Source: Felis catus (lineage: Eukaryota). From it: a stretch of 64,000 nt of DNA. The stretch lies in assembly GCF_018350175.1 (NCBI RefSeq), contig NC_058369.1, forward strand, positions 18,290,001-18,354,000, read 5' to 3'. Positions 51,261 through 63,729 of the stretch are shown piece by piece. Within the stretch, counting starts at the first letter, position 1. Each line of letters starts with the position of its first letter. A program made the position numbers and the translations under genes. The notes beneath the pieces were generated by a model, which saw only the letters and a list, made by a program, of their open reading frames with translations, ran no database searches and was not told the origin of the DNA.

Positions 51261-52049
51261 CAACTGCCAGCCTGTGAAAGGAACTGGACTCTCTCTCTAG
51301 TCATGGAGAAGGCTCTGCCCACACTCAGGGCAGGCTTCAGAAGTCTGGCAAACCAAGGACTCAGTGCCTCTCCCCCCCCCCCCCCCCCAGCAGCTCTCAA
51401 CCCGTGACTGATGGAGATTTGAGAATGAATTCCTCAAGCAACCTTTGCTCTGGGAGAGAACCCAGCAAGATTTGGTCCCAGTTGCCAACAGTGGTAACTT
51501 GCTTGATGACACACCCTTTATTGGCTGCTTTCTCTTTTTGCCACTCCTCTGCTGGTGCTTCTTGGCCTCATCTCCCACATTAACTATATATACTGCTATC
51601 TTTACCTCCAGATGTGCTTCTGGGGAAAGTGAGACACACACTGTCCATGAAAGAGGGACAAGATAGTAGCAAGCACAGAAACCCACAGGATTTCTTCTGG
51701 GTGACCACCAACCTGCACGAATGGGCTCCCAGCTCACAGACTTAGCCAATACTCTGCATGCTCAGAAGATAGGCTGGGCCAGGGTCTGGGTCTGAAATAA
51801 ATAGGCCTCTGTCATACCAACTTGCTATGAACAGTCACAAAATGTCTTGGGCCCCAGAGTAGCCCAGGCCTCAGGCCCTAGAGAGAGACCTGCCTGGCCT
51901 CTGATTCTTGAAGTTCATCCCTTACTCAGAGCTACCCTCCCCAGAAGAACTTTCCCCACCCAGGCCTGTGGAAGGGCCTGTCAAGCACTGAGGCCGGCAC
52001 TGTGTGCTCCTCCATCCCCTGCTAGCCTCACTGTCCACCATAGGACCTA

Positions 52050-52800
52050 TTCAGCGCCCTGCTGTGTGCCTGGGGAAGTGCGACCCAGCCACCGACCCCA
52101 CCAAAGGCCCAGGCCACGCCCCAAACGTCCTCCAGGGGGCGCCGCCGCGAAGCCGGTCTTTGGGCTCTTTGAGCTTAGTGCCGGTGGGCGGGCGCCGGTC
52201 CCCCAAGCCTGCTGGTTCTGCTAGCCCGCCCTCCGCCCCTTCCCCCGCGGGTGTTCCCCAGGCTGGGTCCCACTCAGAACGATTCCCCACCACACACGTG
52301 TTGTGCTGCTCACTGCTGCTTCATTTCTCCTCCTGCCCGAGGTCGGACCCTAAATCCTGGACAGGCCCAGCGTCCACATGTCCATTTGTCTGTTTACCGG
52401 TTTGCGTGTGACTGTGGGTCGACGCGCCCTGCTCTGGCCACGGCAGGTGCAGGGTTAAGGCGGGGGGAGATTTTCCCCAGTCGGGAGGGGGGACGAGGGG
52501 CGGACCCGGTCCAGCCCCGCCCCGCGCCGAGCCGAGCCGGAGCCCCGCCGGAGCCCCGCGGAGGCTGGCCTCAGCCCCAGCCAGAGCCGGCACGGAGCCG
52601 GAACGGCGGACCCCGCGTCCCGGCGGCGCCGGAGCCCCGGCCGGTGAGTCCCGCAGGAGCCGCGCTCAGGGGAAGTTTGGGGCGCTGGGCGCAGAGCCCC
52701 AAGCGCGCTCGCCTGGACCCGCCCCCCGCCTCCCGCGAGCTGGAAGTTTGGGGCCAGGAGGCCATCACGCCAAGGGTCCCAGGAGCGTGGCCCCCACGGG
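52050..52800 (+). promoter_or_regulatory. KLHDC8B CpG-island promoter and non-coding exon 1 (exon ends 52643)
   Basis: CpG-rich; GC boxes; NF-kB-like gggagattttcccc near 52465; ccg|gtgagt donor. Confidence 0.75.
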
Positions 52801-53272
52801 AAAGGAAAGGCTGAGGAACTTGGGGATCTGCTGTGGAAGTCCAGCTGCTCATTCCTACTGGAAACGCCCTGGACTATGGGAGTCTAGAGTCCTATGATCA
52901 TGGGATCCCCAAATCAACCCCCCTCCCCTACTTCTGGACACCAAGGAGACTGGCCTCTGGGAACCTGGCACGAACAACCCCCTGATAGTAGACCTGAAGG
53001 GGGAATGTGGGGCCCTGGCGTCCATCTCCTCCTCTCCTAGCCCCAAACGCCCTGATCTTGGCCTTTTGCTGGTGGGAATGGATGATCTCTATGGAATGGC
53101 CCCCAAAAGGGTTGTAAGTATACCCTGGAGTCTGATCCCTGGCAGCATGTGGGAGACCCACTGGAAGCCAATAAGGGGAGGGTACAGTAGGACTCCATTC
53201 ATGCAAAGCACCAGAATGAGGATTGTTGAAAGGAAGGGAAGGGGGCCAGGGTGGAGTGTCTTATCCTAGTCA

Positions 53273-53324
53273 ACTTACCTACCACCTAGACCTAGATTAC
53301 TTACCTACCACCTAGACCTAGATT
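53273..53324. repeat. Perfect 26-bp tandem duplication
   Basis: acttacctaccacctagacctagatt twice. Confidence 0.95.
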
Positions 53325-53735
53325 TGGCTGGGGTGGAGGTGTTAGGTGCAGGCAGGGGGTGGGAGGAGAATCCTTCATGCCCCATAGGAAGAGGGGAATT
53401 TGCCTGAGTATCTGGTAATCTGCCTTCTTTCCCACCCCAGAGGCACCTCAGCAGTGGTGTGCTAGCCAACAGGGGTATGTCCTCCCCCATGCCTTCCCAC
53501 CAGTGATTCTGAGCCAGTCCTGCCCTTACCTACAGACTGCTCAACTGTACCCCGAGGGACTGGTCAATGGCCCTGACCCTTTGTTTTCCCTCTCTCCTCC
53601 AGGTGAAGGCAAGGTCCCTGGATTGGTCAGACACTCCCTGTAGTCCTGATAGAGTCAAGATGAGGCCGCATCATGCCCCTCAGTGAGGCCTACAGCCTGA
53701 GCAGATAGTATGGCCTACCACTGGAGGTGAACACC

Positions 53736-56715
53736 ATGGCTACAGGAGGTGGCCGGGCCTTTGCTTGGCAGGTGTTCCCACCCATGCCCACCTGCCGGGT
53801 GTATGGCACAGTGGCATACCAGGATGGGCACCTGCTAGTGTTGGGGGGCTGTGGCCGGGCTGGACTGCCCCTGGACACTGCTGAGACACTGGACATGGCC
53901 TCGCATACATGGCTCACACTGGCACCCCTGCCCACGGCCCGGGCTGGTGCGGCTGCTGTGGTGCTGGGCAAGCAGGTGCTAGTGGTGGGCGGTGTGGATG
54001 AGGGCCAGAGCCCTGTAGCTGCTGTGGAGGCCTTCCTGGCTGATGAGGGCCGCTGGGAGCGTCGGGCCACCCTCCCTCAGGCAGCCATGGGGGTTGCAAC
54101 TGTGGAGAGAGGTGAGTGGCCTTAAGGAGGTCCCTGAGGTGCTCCAACACCCTCCATCCTTTCCTTGGTCCCTTACTCTTAGAGATTGGAAAAAAGATGT
54201 AAATTTTGTCTGAGTACCCTGGACATAGATTTGATTCTTGTAAAGACCCTCTCCTACCTAGCTCTGAGCTGAGCTAACAGCAGCCTTAACTGCCTTTTCC
54301 AGCTGTGAAGTGGGAGAACGAGCCCAGGCTGGCCCTCAGAATGATGGGAGGCACCAACCACATCCCTGACCATTCCTCCTCTCTAAGACACAAGGAGGAG
54401 TAGTTCAATGACTCTCAGGGTTATAAATAGTCTGGGGGAGGGGGATGGGAACAGGGCCTTGGCTCAGAGCCCAGTAAGTGCTTAGATTCCCCCCACCTTC
54501 CTCCCATATACACACTTACCAGGGAGCCTGAGATGGGAAGGCCAAGCTAGCCTGGGGATGGTTGCCATGGAAGCCCTCAGCTGACTGACCCGGTTCCCCA
54601 AGGCCCCCCAGACATGCTCCCAGCTGACCCTGAGGGTGTAACAGGGCAAGAACCTACTCTAAAAGGGCAGGATATAGAGGTGCTGGCAGGGCTCTTTGGC
54701 AGAAGGCTTGCAGCCAGCACCTCCATCCTACAAGCCTAAGCTCCTCTCCCAGCCCCCAGCTGATCTCCAGAGTTCCCTCCCCAGTCTGAGCTCTATGCTG
54801 AGCAGATCCCCATATGCCCCTCCCCGACTTAAATCATCCTCCACCTTCCTTCCCCTAGGGAAGTCCCCACCTTGTGGCCTCCAGGTCTGACCACCGGTCC
54901 TGCTTAGATGCCAGATTTGGTTGCCATAGCATCTCCAGGGAGACAGAGATGGATTATAATTAGATCATCTGCCTCCTGCTCTTCACTTGGAGGGGCCCTG
55001 GCCAGAGCAGGAATCCTAGCTCTCCCAGCCCCCACTCTGGGAAGTAAGGAGGGTTTCTGCTGCTTGGGAGACATACTACACAGAAGTGGGTCCCGACCCA
55101 CCCCCAGACCTGACCAGTGCAGCTGTCAGGGTAGAGTGCCCTGGCCAGGCTGAGGTGCACTCTGAATCGCTCTTTTCTATGCAGATGGTATGGTGTATGC
55201 TCTGGGGGGAATGGGTCCTGACACGGCCCCCCAGGCCCAAGTTCGGGTGTATGAGCCCAGGCGGGACTGCTGGCTTTCACTACCCTCCATGCCCACACCC
55301 TGCTACGGGGCTTCCACCTTCCTGCACGGGAACAAGATCTATGTCCTGGGTAAGGGCCTGGGGGTGGGGGTGGGGGAAGGATGTGGGAAAGGGGCTTGAA
55401 GTGCAGAAGCACCTATCTTCATAGGTTGGCTGGGATCAGGCTTAGTCTGGGATGGCAGAACAAGAGAAGTTTTGGGTGAACCAGGCTTGCTTGGAGGCTC
55501 TGACCTCTGGTGGCCCTAGTAAGGCTGGAAAACCAAACCCCAATGCCTGAGGATCTTCAGGGTGGGTGATTCATGCTCTGTTGTGCACACAGCTGGGTAT
55601 GGGTAGCTAAGGTGGGCAGCAGTAAAAGCTTAGCAACCTGGTGAAGGAGGAGCCTGCCAGGCCTCCTAGGCTCCTTCCAAGGTGCTCCAATTCCATTGGC
55701 AGGGGGCCGCCAGGGAAAGCTCCCAGTGACTGCTTTTGAGGCTTTTGATCTGGAGGCCTGTACCTGGACCCGGCACCCAAGCCTGCCCAGCCGCCGAGCC
55801 TTTGCCGGCTGTGCCATGGCAGAAGGCAACGTCTTTAGCCTGGGTGGCCTGCAGCAGCCTGGGCCCCACAATTTCTACTCCCGCCCACATTTTGTCAACA
55901 CTGTGGAGATGTTCGACCTGGAACATGGTGAGCAGTGGCTGGCCTGGGCTGGCCTCCCACTTTCCGTGGGATGGAGGGGCACAGTGTGTGTTGGGGGACT
56001 TGATCTGACCTCCCCTTTCCTGCAGGGTCCTGGACCAAGCTGCCCCGCAGCCTGCGCATGAGGGATAAGAGGGCCGACTTTGTGGTTGGCTCCCTTGGGG
56101 GCCACATCATGGCCATTGGGGGCCTTGGTGAGTATCTGTGGGGCTAGGGATAGGAGGCGAGTCCAAGACAGGCGGGAGTAACCCCAAGCATGAGCACTCC
56201 CTCCTGCCCTTCTCCAGGTACTCCAGGGATCAGGGCTTTGTGAGCTTCCCTTTCCCAATCTGTGAGGCAGGCAGGGTGTGGTCTGCACGGCCTAACTCTT
56301 GGGGTATCCCTCAGCACCTGACTGAGGGCTTTGTACCAGCAGAGGTTTAGGAGACAGAAACAGGTCAAGTGACCACTGAATGAATGGACAAATAGAAATA
56401 CGAAGAAATGAACGAATGATGAATGGGAGCGATGAGTAGCAAGGCCCTAGTAACCCAAGCAAAAGAGCTGGAGTCCTTGCAGTCTGTGCCATTTACAACT
56501 TCTGTCTCTTTCCTGCAGGAAACCAGCCATGCCCTCTGGGCTCCGTGGAGGGCTTCAGCCTTGCACGGCGGCGCTGGGAGGCCCTGCCTGCCATGCCCAC
56601 AGCCCGCTGCTCCTGTTCTAGTCTGCAGGCTGGGCCCCGGCTGTTTGTCATTGGGGGTGTGGCCCAGGGTCCTAGCCAAGCTGTGGAGGCACTGTGTCTG
56701 CGTGATGGGGTCTGA
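53736..56715 (+). CDS. KLHDC8B: Kelch domain-containing protein 8B (354 aa)
   Basis: MATGGGRAFAWQVFPPMPTCRVYG...; kelch repeats (LVLGG, VYALGG, IYVLGG, VFSLGG, IMAIGG, LFVIGG). Coding exons 53736-54111, 55185-55349, 55703-55927, 56026-56127, 56519-56715 total 1065 nt. Confidence 0.96.
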
Positions 56716-57194
56716 ATGCCTGATGGGACAGGTCCACTGGAGCAGCACAGTGCCAGAGACAAATGTCTGTGGCTCCTTTTGCTGCTGAAGAAGCTCACTG
56801 TGGCTCTGTGGGATGAGGGAGGCACAGGGGCAGGCAATTGAGACGAATGTCTCAAAGGGTGGGGGGGGCTTTGTCTTTAGTGCAGGACATATATGCTTAT
56901 ACCCACTTTTATCCCCATTCATTCATGGACCACGCCTAGCTCCACACTTGCTCTGGAACTACTGGGCCCTCTGTCTAACTGGGAAGTGGGAGGCTGGGAG
57001 AGCTGGCCTCATGTCCCACAGGATTAGTGCCTACCTAGAGTTGACCAGTCTCACCCCAATGGCAGTTCCTGAAAAATCCTAGCTGCCAGCCTGCCTTGAA
57101 GGCCTCTGTGGCCCCAGGAGGGTTCAGAGAGGGCAGGGGACACAGAGGGGATGGAGGAGTGGATACAGGAACCTTTAGAGGACCGGAAAAATAT

Positions 57195-57340
57195 AGGCTT
57201 TGGGCCCTTTACACTGTTGACTGTGTGATCTTGAGCAAGTCATTTCACCTCTCTGTGCCTCAGCATCCTCATCCGTAAATGGGGATCTCTGAAACCTTCC
57301 TGCCCTACCTACCTCACAGGGCTGTTGTGAGGACCCAGGA
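57195..57340. mobile_element. MIR in KLHDC8B 3'UTR; AGTAAA poly(A)-signal variant at 57355-57360
   Basis: ctgtgtgatcttgagcaagtcatttcacctctctgtgcctcag...gtaaatgggga...cctacctcacagggctgttgtgagga MIR core. Confidence 0.85.
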
Positions 57341-58092
57341 AGTTCAGACATGAAAGTAAAAGTGCTGCTAAAATCTGGTGTGTGGCCCTGGTGTGGACTC
57401 CTGTGTTGCCCCTGCAACCTTTGGCCCTCCTTCAGGGGTCTCAACTCTCCCAGGGATGAGGGTTCAGAGTAGCCTTTTGAATCTGGCCTCTGATGTCTTA
57501 GCCCCACCTAAGCCTCAGCTTCTCTTTTGGTGACATAGGATGACTGCTGTCTACCCCACCCCCACCCCCCGCAACTGTGCTGGTGTTAGAAGATACTCAC
57601 ACGATAGTCAAAGAAAAGCTCAGAAAACTACAACAAAGCACCCCAGGGTCAGGATGACCTCAAGGTCCATGTCACCCAGCAGCTCCTCGTCTGCTCACCT
57701 CTATAGGGAGGGGTAGCCCAGCATAGGCTGTGGCCAGGGCAGTCTCCCCCTGTCCCAGCTTAGGCATAACTATGTGGCCACACACCAGACCCCTAGAGAC
57801 ATAATAGCCTCCTGGAGAAATCAAAGCTGCCATCCTTTGCCTCCTCCTCCAGTCTTTGCTGGATACAAGTAGGGGTCACTGACTCTGCTTTCCCTGCAGC
57901 CACACTGAGTGCAAGGTACTCCCAGAACTGACTTGCTTTGGCCATGGTACTTCCTATAGACTTTACCCCTTCTCACTTAGTGGCAGGGTTCCCAGGGCAC
58001 ATCCTCCCCTGCCCAGCACACAGGCGCCATGGACCTTACTGCTCTCCAGCTTCTAAGACCCCTTGGGCTGTAAGCACAGATAGGCCTCTGTG

Positions 58093-58929
58093 TTAGCCAT
58101 CCTTGTTTAATGCTCTGGACCAGTTTAGACACTCAGAGACCCCAGCATGAAGGTAGTGCTGCAGCAGCTTGGGTCTTGGGATCCCTGGGAGGTCAGGCAG
58201 TGTGTTGGTGACTGGCCCCACGTTGTTGCTGCCACAATGGCCACCCTGGGATGGTTGGCAGAAGTTCTGCTGATAGGTGGTGCTGGTACGGGGAGGCTGG
58301 ATCTGCACAAAGTGGACAAGGCGCTGGGGGAGGTCACTGAGTCCAGGGCCTGACCGGAAATTGGCCTGGTAGGAGGATTCAAGGGGCCGCTGCTGGCTCA
58401 ACTCCAGCTCACAGGGTGCCCAGCGCAGGAAGGTGTGCCGCTGCCACAGGTGCTCCAGGTCTTTTCGCCTTCCGATTCCCTGCAGCAGGCAGTAGGGGCC
58501 CTCCTCAACGGTATGGGCCGTTGGCCCACAGTCCTGGCACCACACACCTCCCTCCTTAGGTCCTCCTCAACCCAAGCCTGCTTGGTGATGCCTGGCTCCC
58601 CTGGCCCATACCCCAGCCTCTTTGGCCTGCTCCCCAGCCATGCCTTCCATTCCAGGGTGAAGCCTCTAGAAAGTCAGTGGGCCCCAGAATACTTGCACAT
58701 TGTCAGGCAAGCCAGTGGCTGAAACCAAACCTCTGTTTGGGGAATGGGCTATTTTCCAGACAAGAGAGATTGTCAGGAGCCCTCCCTCCCCACAGTGTCT
58801 TATCCCCTCCACCCTACCTCAACTTCAACCTAGGCTGAGGGTCTGCCCACTCTCCTTCCTTTCTTCACTCACTTTGTCGAAAGAAGTACGGTTGTCATGC
58901 TTGGAGAAGAAGTGTTGCTGTGCTGACTC
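58093..58929 (-). CDS. C3orf84: C3orf84/CIMIP7 (ciliary microtubule inner protein), last two coding exons; 5' exons not seen in window
   Basis: Exon 58929-58873 ESAQQHFFSKHDNRTSFDK; exon 58500-58093 GPYCLLQGIGRRKDLEHLWQRHTFLRWAPCE...LLQHYLHAGVSECLNWSRALNKDG*; (S/T)YQxxF motifs. Confidence 0.88.
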
Positions 58930-59249
58930 CTTTAAAGACAGTGAGAAAGAAGGTGAATGGGGGGAAATGATGCTTACCTGCCCTTAAGATGTTATCTCAG
59001 GACCCATAATGGAGGGAAGCTGCCAGGAGCTACTACCCCTAAACTGCTAAACTTGCCAAAATCCTGAAAGGGCAGTTACAAATTAAAGCACCGCCTTACT
59101 CCCAGGACATCTCATGCTGGCATTTGCCTCCAAAGCAAAAGTCTCTAGGGCTGCTGATTGAGGATGGGGCTGAGGCATCTTCTAAGACATACTGCCATCA
59201 GGAGGGCAGTGGTTCAAGGTTCGTGTCAGACCCTTTATCTCTAGATTGC

Positions 59250-60510
59250 CCAGGACCAGGACCAGAGGCTTCCTTTCTGTCCACATTTAATCCCTCATCA
59301 GCAACCCAAACTCTTCGCCCTAAGTAAGTACCACCTGAAAACTGTCAATTCTCTCTCTAGCTTGAGCTCTCTCCTGAATTCTAGACTCAATAGCCAACAG
59401 CCTATTTCATAGCCCCTTGTAAATGTCTTCCAGGTATCTCCAAACACATGACTGAGCTCTGGATCATTCCCCAACCCCACCCCTCCACCGCTCAGAGCCT
59501 CCCCCAGCTCAGGTCATGGCAGCTAGGTCCTACCAAACACCTTGAAGTCCCCTTGATTCTTTTCTTTCATACCCTACATCCAGTGTGTCAAGAAATCCTG
59601 TTGATCATTCCTTCAATATGAACCTAGGATTGGACCATTCCTCAGCAAGTTCACTGCTTTCTCTCATCCAAGGGCCACCTCCTTCTCTTGCTTGAATTAT
59701 TAAAAAAAATTTTTTTTTCAACGTTTATTTATTTTTGGGACAGAGAGAGACAGAGCATGAACGGGGGAGAGGCAGAGAGAGGGAGACACAGAATCGGAAC
59801 CAGGCTCCAGGCTCTGAGCCATCAGCCCAGAGCCTGACGCGGGGCTCGAACTCACGGACCGCGAGATCGTGACCTGGCTGAAGTCGGACGCTTAACCGAC
59901 TGCGCCACCCAGGCGCCCCTCTTGCTTGAATTATTGAAAGAGCTTTCTACCTGGTGTCCCTGCTTCCAAGCTTTTCCCTCCAGTCTGTTGTCCTCTTAAT
60001 AGGCAGAATAATTCTTATGATACATAGATCAGATCACCTTCCTTGTTTGCTGAAAACCCATGACAGTTCCTCATGTTTGTAAAAGCCAAAGTCTTCACAG
60101 TGGTCCATGAGACCCACACTATATTGATCCCTCCATTACCTGCAACTCGCACTGGCATCTTTACTGCTCCTCAAACACACCAGCTATTCCCACCTTGGGC
60201 CTTTGCACCACCTGTGCTTTCTGTCTGGGACTCTTCCTGCAACTGGCCATAGGACTCCCTCTCACTTCCTTCTTGGGAGGGCTTCTTCAAGCACTACACC
60301 AGCAGTGCCATCATGCCAACTCTGCATTTTTCACTTTCTGGAATACTATGTGACTACATAGTATGATGTTGCTTACTAGCTAATACTCCTGACTAGAACA
60401 TAAGCTCATTGTGGGCAAAGGTTATTGTCTGTTTTGCTCACATCTGTAACTCCAAAACTGAGCATAGTGCCTGGCACTGGGCTCAATATGTGTTTGCTGT
60501 TTAAATCATG
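59250..60510 (+). mobile_element. LINE-2 remnant interrupted by a SINE
   Basis: ctctctcctgaattctagactc..., gggcctttgcac..., gcatagtgcctggcac..gctcaatatgtgtttg L2 3' end. Confidence 0.75.
59702..59919 (-). mobile_element. Young full-length felid-type SINEC
   Basis: CpGs intact; perfect 16-bp target-site duplication tcttgcttgaattatt at 59686-59701 and 59920-59935. Confidence 0.95.
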
Positions 60511-61308
60511 AACAGGGACAGAGGTCCCTGGGGCATTTGCTTTGGCCCAGCTGGGAGCCAGAGAATCATGCCCTATCCCCAGGCAGAGAAAGACCACCTC
60601 CCAAACCCCCAGACCTCAATAGAAATCTCTCCCAAGACCATCAACCTTGCCTTTGTGCCTGGTCTCTGCCCCCAGAGTCCCCAGTCTCTAGTCAGTCATT
60701 CAGCTTCTCCTGCTGTAGACTTGAATGAAGTGTCTAATCTGATGAGTTCAGGCTTTCCTGGGTTGGGGTATGAGCAGTGGCTGACAGCAGGTTCCTAGAG
60801 TAAAGGCTGGGGCTAGATCCATCCCAGATCCCTGAACCAGATTCTTCAGGGTGGAGCCTGTGGTGTGTGTCTTTAAAAAGCTCCCCTACAGGAGATCCTG
60901 CCTTAGACACCTGGTGCCGGTTTTCCAGGTAGATTGAAAACTCCATGAAGGTGGGAAGCCAGCCAGCCTTACCTTCCATTCCTCATAAAGCAAGCTGACA
61001 CGACAGAGATTAAAAACCCAGGACCCTTTTAGAAAAAAAAATAGGAAAAAATCTTCAGAATCTAGAACTAGGGAAAGAGTTCTTAGACTTGACACCAAAA
61101 GCAAGAGCAATAAAAGAAAAAATTGACAAATTGGACCTCATCAAAAAATTTTTTCAAGCTTTGCTCTGTGAAAGTTTATGTAAAGAGGATGAAAAGACAA
61201 GCTACAGACTGGGAGAAAATATTTGCAAACCAAATATCCAATGAAGGAATAATATCTAGAATATATAGAGAATTCTCACAATTCAACAGTAAAATAACAA
61301 TCCAATTA

Positions 61309-61940
61309 TGGGAATGCAAGCTGGTGCAGCCACTCCGGAAAACAGTATGAAGTTTCCTCAAAAAACTAAAAATAGAACTACTCTACAACCACTACTAGGT
61401 ATTTATCCCCAGGATACAGGTGTGCTGTTTCGAAGGGACACATGCATCCCCATGTTTATAGCAGCACTATCAACAATAGCCAAAGTATGGAAAGAGCCCA
61501 AATGTCCATCGATGGATGAATGGATAAAGAAGATGTGGTATATATATATACAATGGAGTATTACTCAGCAATCAAGAAGAATGAAATCTTGCCATTTGCA
61601 ACAACGTGGATGGAACTGGAGGGTATTATGCTAAGTGAAATTAGTCAGAGAAAGACAAAAATCATATGACTTCACTCATATGAGGATGTTAAGAGACAAA
61701 ACAGATGAACATAAGGGAAGGGAAGGGAAACAAAAATAATATAAAAACAGGGAGGGGGACAAAACAGAAGAGACTCATAAATATGGAGAACAAACAGAGG
61801 GTTACTGGAGGGGTTGTGGGAGGGGGGATGGGCTAAATGGGTAAGGGGCACTAAGGAATCTACTCCTGAAATCATTGTTGCACTATATGCTAACTAATTT
61901 GGATGTAAATTTAAAAAAATAAAAAGTAAAATTAAAAAAA
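61309..61940 (+). mobile_element. Younger carnivore L1, 5'-truncated, nested in the older L1
   Basis: WECKLVQPL..., MFIAALSTIAKVWKEPKCPSMDEWIKKMWYI; A tail; target-site duplication aatccaatta at 61299-61308 and 61941-61950. Confidence 0.9.
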
Positions 61941-62554
61941 AATCCAATTAGAAAATGGGCAAACAACACGAAGACATTTCACCAAAGAGGATATACAGAT
62001 GGCAAATAACACAGGAAAAGATGTTCACCATCATTAAACGTTAGGGAAATGCAAATTAAAATCACAATGAGATATCATGACATATTGATCAGAATGACTA
62101 AAATAAAACATAGAGACAACACCGAATATTGGGGAGAATGCAGAGAAACTAGATCATTGATACATTGCTGGTGGGGATGTAAAGTGGTACAGTCATTCAC
62201 TCTAGGAAACAGTTCAGCAGTTTCTTTTAAAAACTAAACATACAACTACCATGTGACCCAGCAATTGCATTCCTGGACATTTATTCTAAAGAAATGAAAA
62301 TTTATGTTCCCCCCAAAACCTGTACACAAATGTTCATAGCAGCTTTTTTTATAAGAGTCAAAAACTAGAATCAGCCCAGATATCCTCTAATAGGTGAATC
62401 GTTACACAAAGTGGTATATACGTACCATAGAATACTACTCAGTAGTGAAGAGGAATGAACCATGAACAACTTAGATGAATCTCTAGGAAATTATGCTGAG
62501 AAAGAAAAACCAATGTCCAAAGGTTTCATGCTGTATCATTTTATTTATATAATC

Positions 62555-62737
62555 TTTTTTAAGGTTGATTTATTTTGAGAGAGACAGAGAGAGCGTGAGT
62601 GGGGGAGGGGCAGAGAGACAGGGAGAGAGAATCCGTGGAGCCCGATGCAGGGGCTCAAATTCACGAAACTATAAGATCATGACCTGAGCTGAAACCAAGA
62701 GTTGGACACTTGACCAACTGAGCCACTCAGGTGCCCC
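62555..62737 (-). mobile_element. SINEC nested in L1
   Basis: T tail, (GA)n tract, ends gccactcaggtgcccc; flanked by tatataa repeats. Confidence 0.9.
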
Positions 62738-63292
62738 TATATAACATTTTGAAGTGACAAAATTTTAGGGAGAAGAGAGTGGTGGTTGCCAGCGATAAGA
62801 GACAGAAGAAGGGTGGAGGAGCAGAAGGCTGGTGGGTGTGGTCACAAAAGGCCAGAACCAGGGATACTTGTGAGGTTGGCCAGTATCTTAACTGTGGTGG
62901 TGGATACACAAACCTACATTGGTGATAAAATTTTATAGATCTTAATATACACACAGAAATGAGAATAAGTAAAACTGGAAATCTGAGATAGGTGGATTGC
63001 ATTAATGAAAATGTCCTGGTTGTGATATTATACTATAGTTTTGCAAAATGTTATCATTGGGGGAAACTGGGAAAAATGTAGAAAGGATTTCTATTATTTC
63101 TCATAACAGCTTATGAATTTATAATTGTTTCAATAAAAATTTCAATAAAAAAACCCCTGGGAATCTGCAGCAAGTTCCAATTGATCCCCAAATTTCTTTT
63201 GCATTTCTATCCTCAGCTGAAGAATTGTACACAGCCCTGGAATGTGGATGCCTCTGTTGTTGGAGGCAGCCCTGACTATGAAAACTCACTAT

Positions 63293-63729
63293 ATATATAT
63301 TTTTGTCTTTTGATTTTTAAAAAAATTACTCAAAAAAGTTTCATTAAAAAAATGAGCTTTCTGACTGCGTTTGTGCCTTCAACACTTTAACAGCGTTTTT
63401 CTGCTCCTCAATAAGGAAAGCACACTTGATCTGGTCATGGACACACTTAGCATATGTGAAGTACCACCCCGCTGACATGGTTTTCTGTTTTAGACAACCT
63501 CATAAGAACTTTAGGTCTCACAGCACAAACTTCTTGAAGTCAGCCTGCTCATGTGCCACACGCAGATTTGGGGGCTTTTCCAGTCTTGTTGGTATAAAAG
63601 TACACAACTCTATTACCATGGATTCAGGACAGCTTAGTTTTGTTAGAGACTGTATTGTAGGATGGCCTATGATGTTATGCCAAACTTTGGATCATTCTGA
63701 ATGCCTCTAGACACCATCCCCAGAAAAGC
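63293..63729 (-). pseudogene. RPL34: Processed RPL34 (60S ribosomal protein L34) pseudogene
   Basis: ATG at 63695: [85 protein letters not shown]; intronless; 12-bp target-site duplication aaaactcactat at 63281-63292 and 63730-63741. Confidence 0.93.

Larger units (their letters stand above)
61030..63150 (+). mobile_element. Old L1 3' segment (ORF2 end and 3'UTR) with nested insertions
   Basis: VKRMKRQATDWEKIFANQISNEGIISRIY and REMQIKITMRYH ORF2 remnants; AATAAA/A-rich end near 63131-63152. Confidence 0.9.

Noticed and set aside
49950-51670. Possible decayed exons between CCDC71 and KLHDC8B, including a TM-like stretch near 51500-51630
   Set aside because: No recognisable family or consistent splice chain; partly L2-like; too weak to call without a search.
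58501-58545. ORF-track start for C3orf84 at 58545
   Set aside because: Non-ATG start in intronic sequence; the frame continues from exon 58929-58873.
60770-60930. MER5-like DNA transposon fragment
   Set aside because: Resemblance too degraded to support a call.
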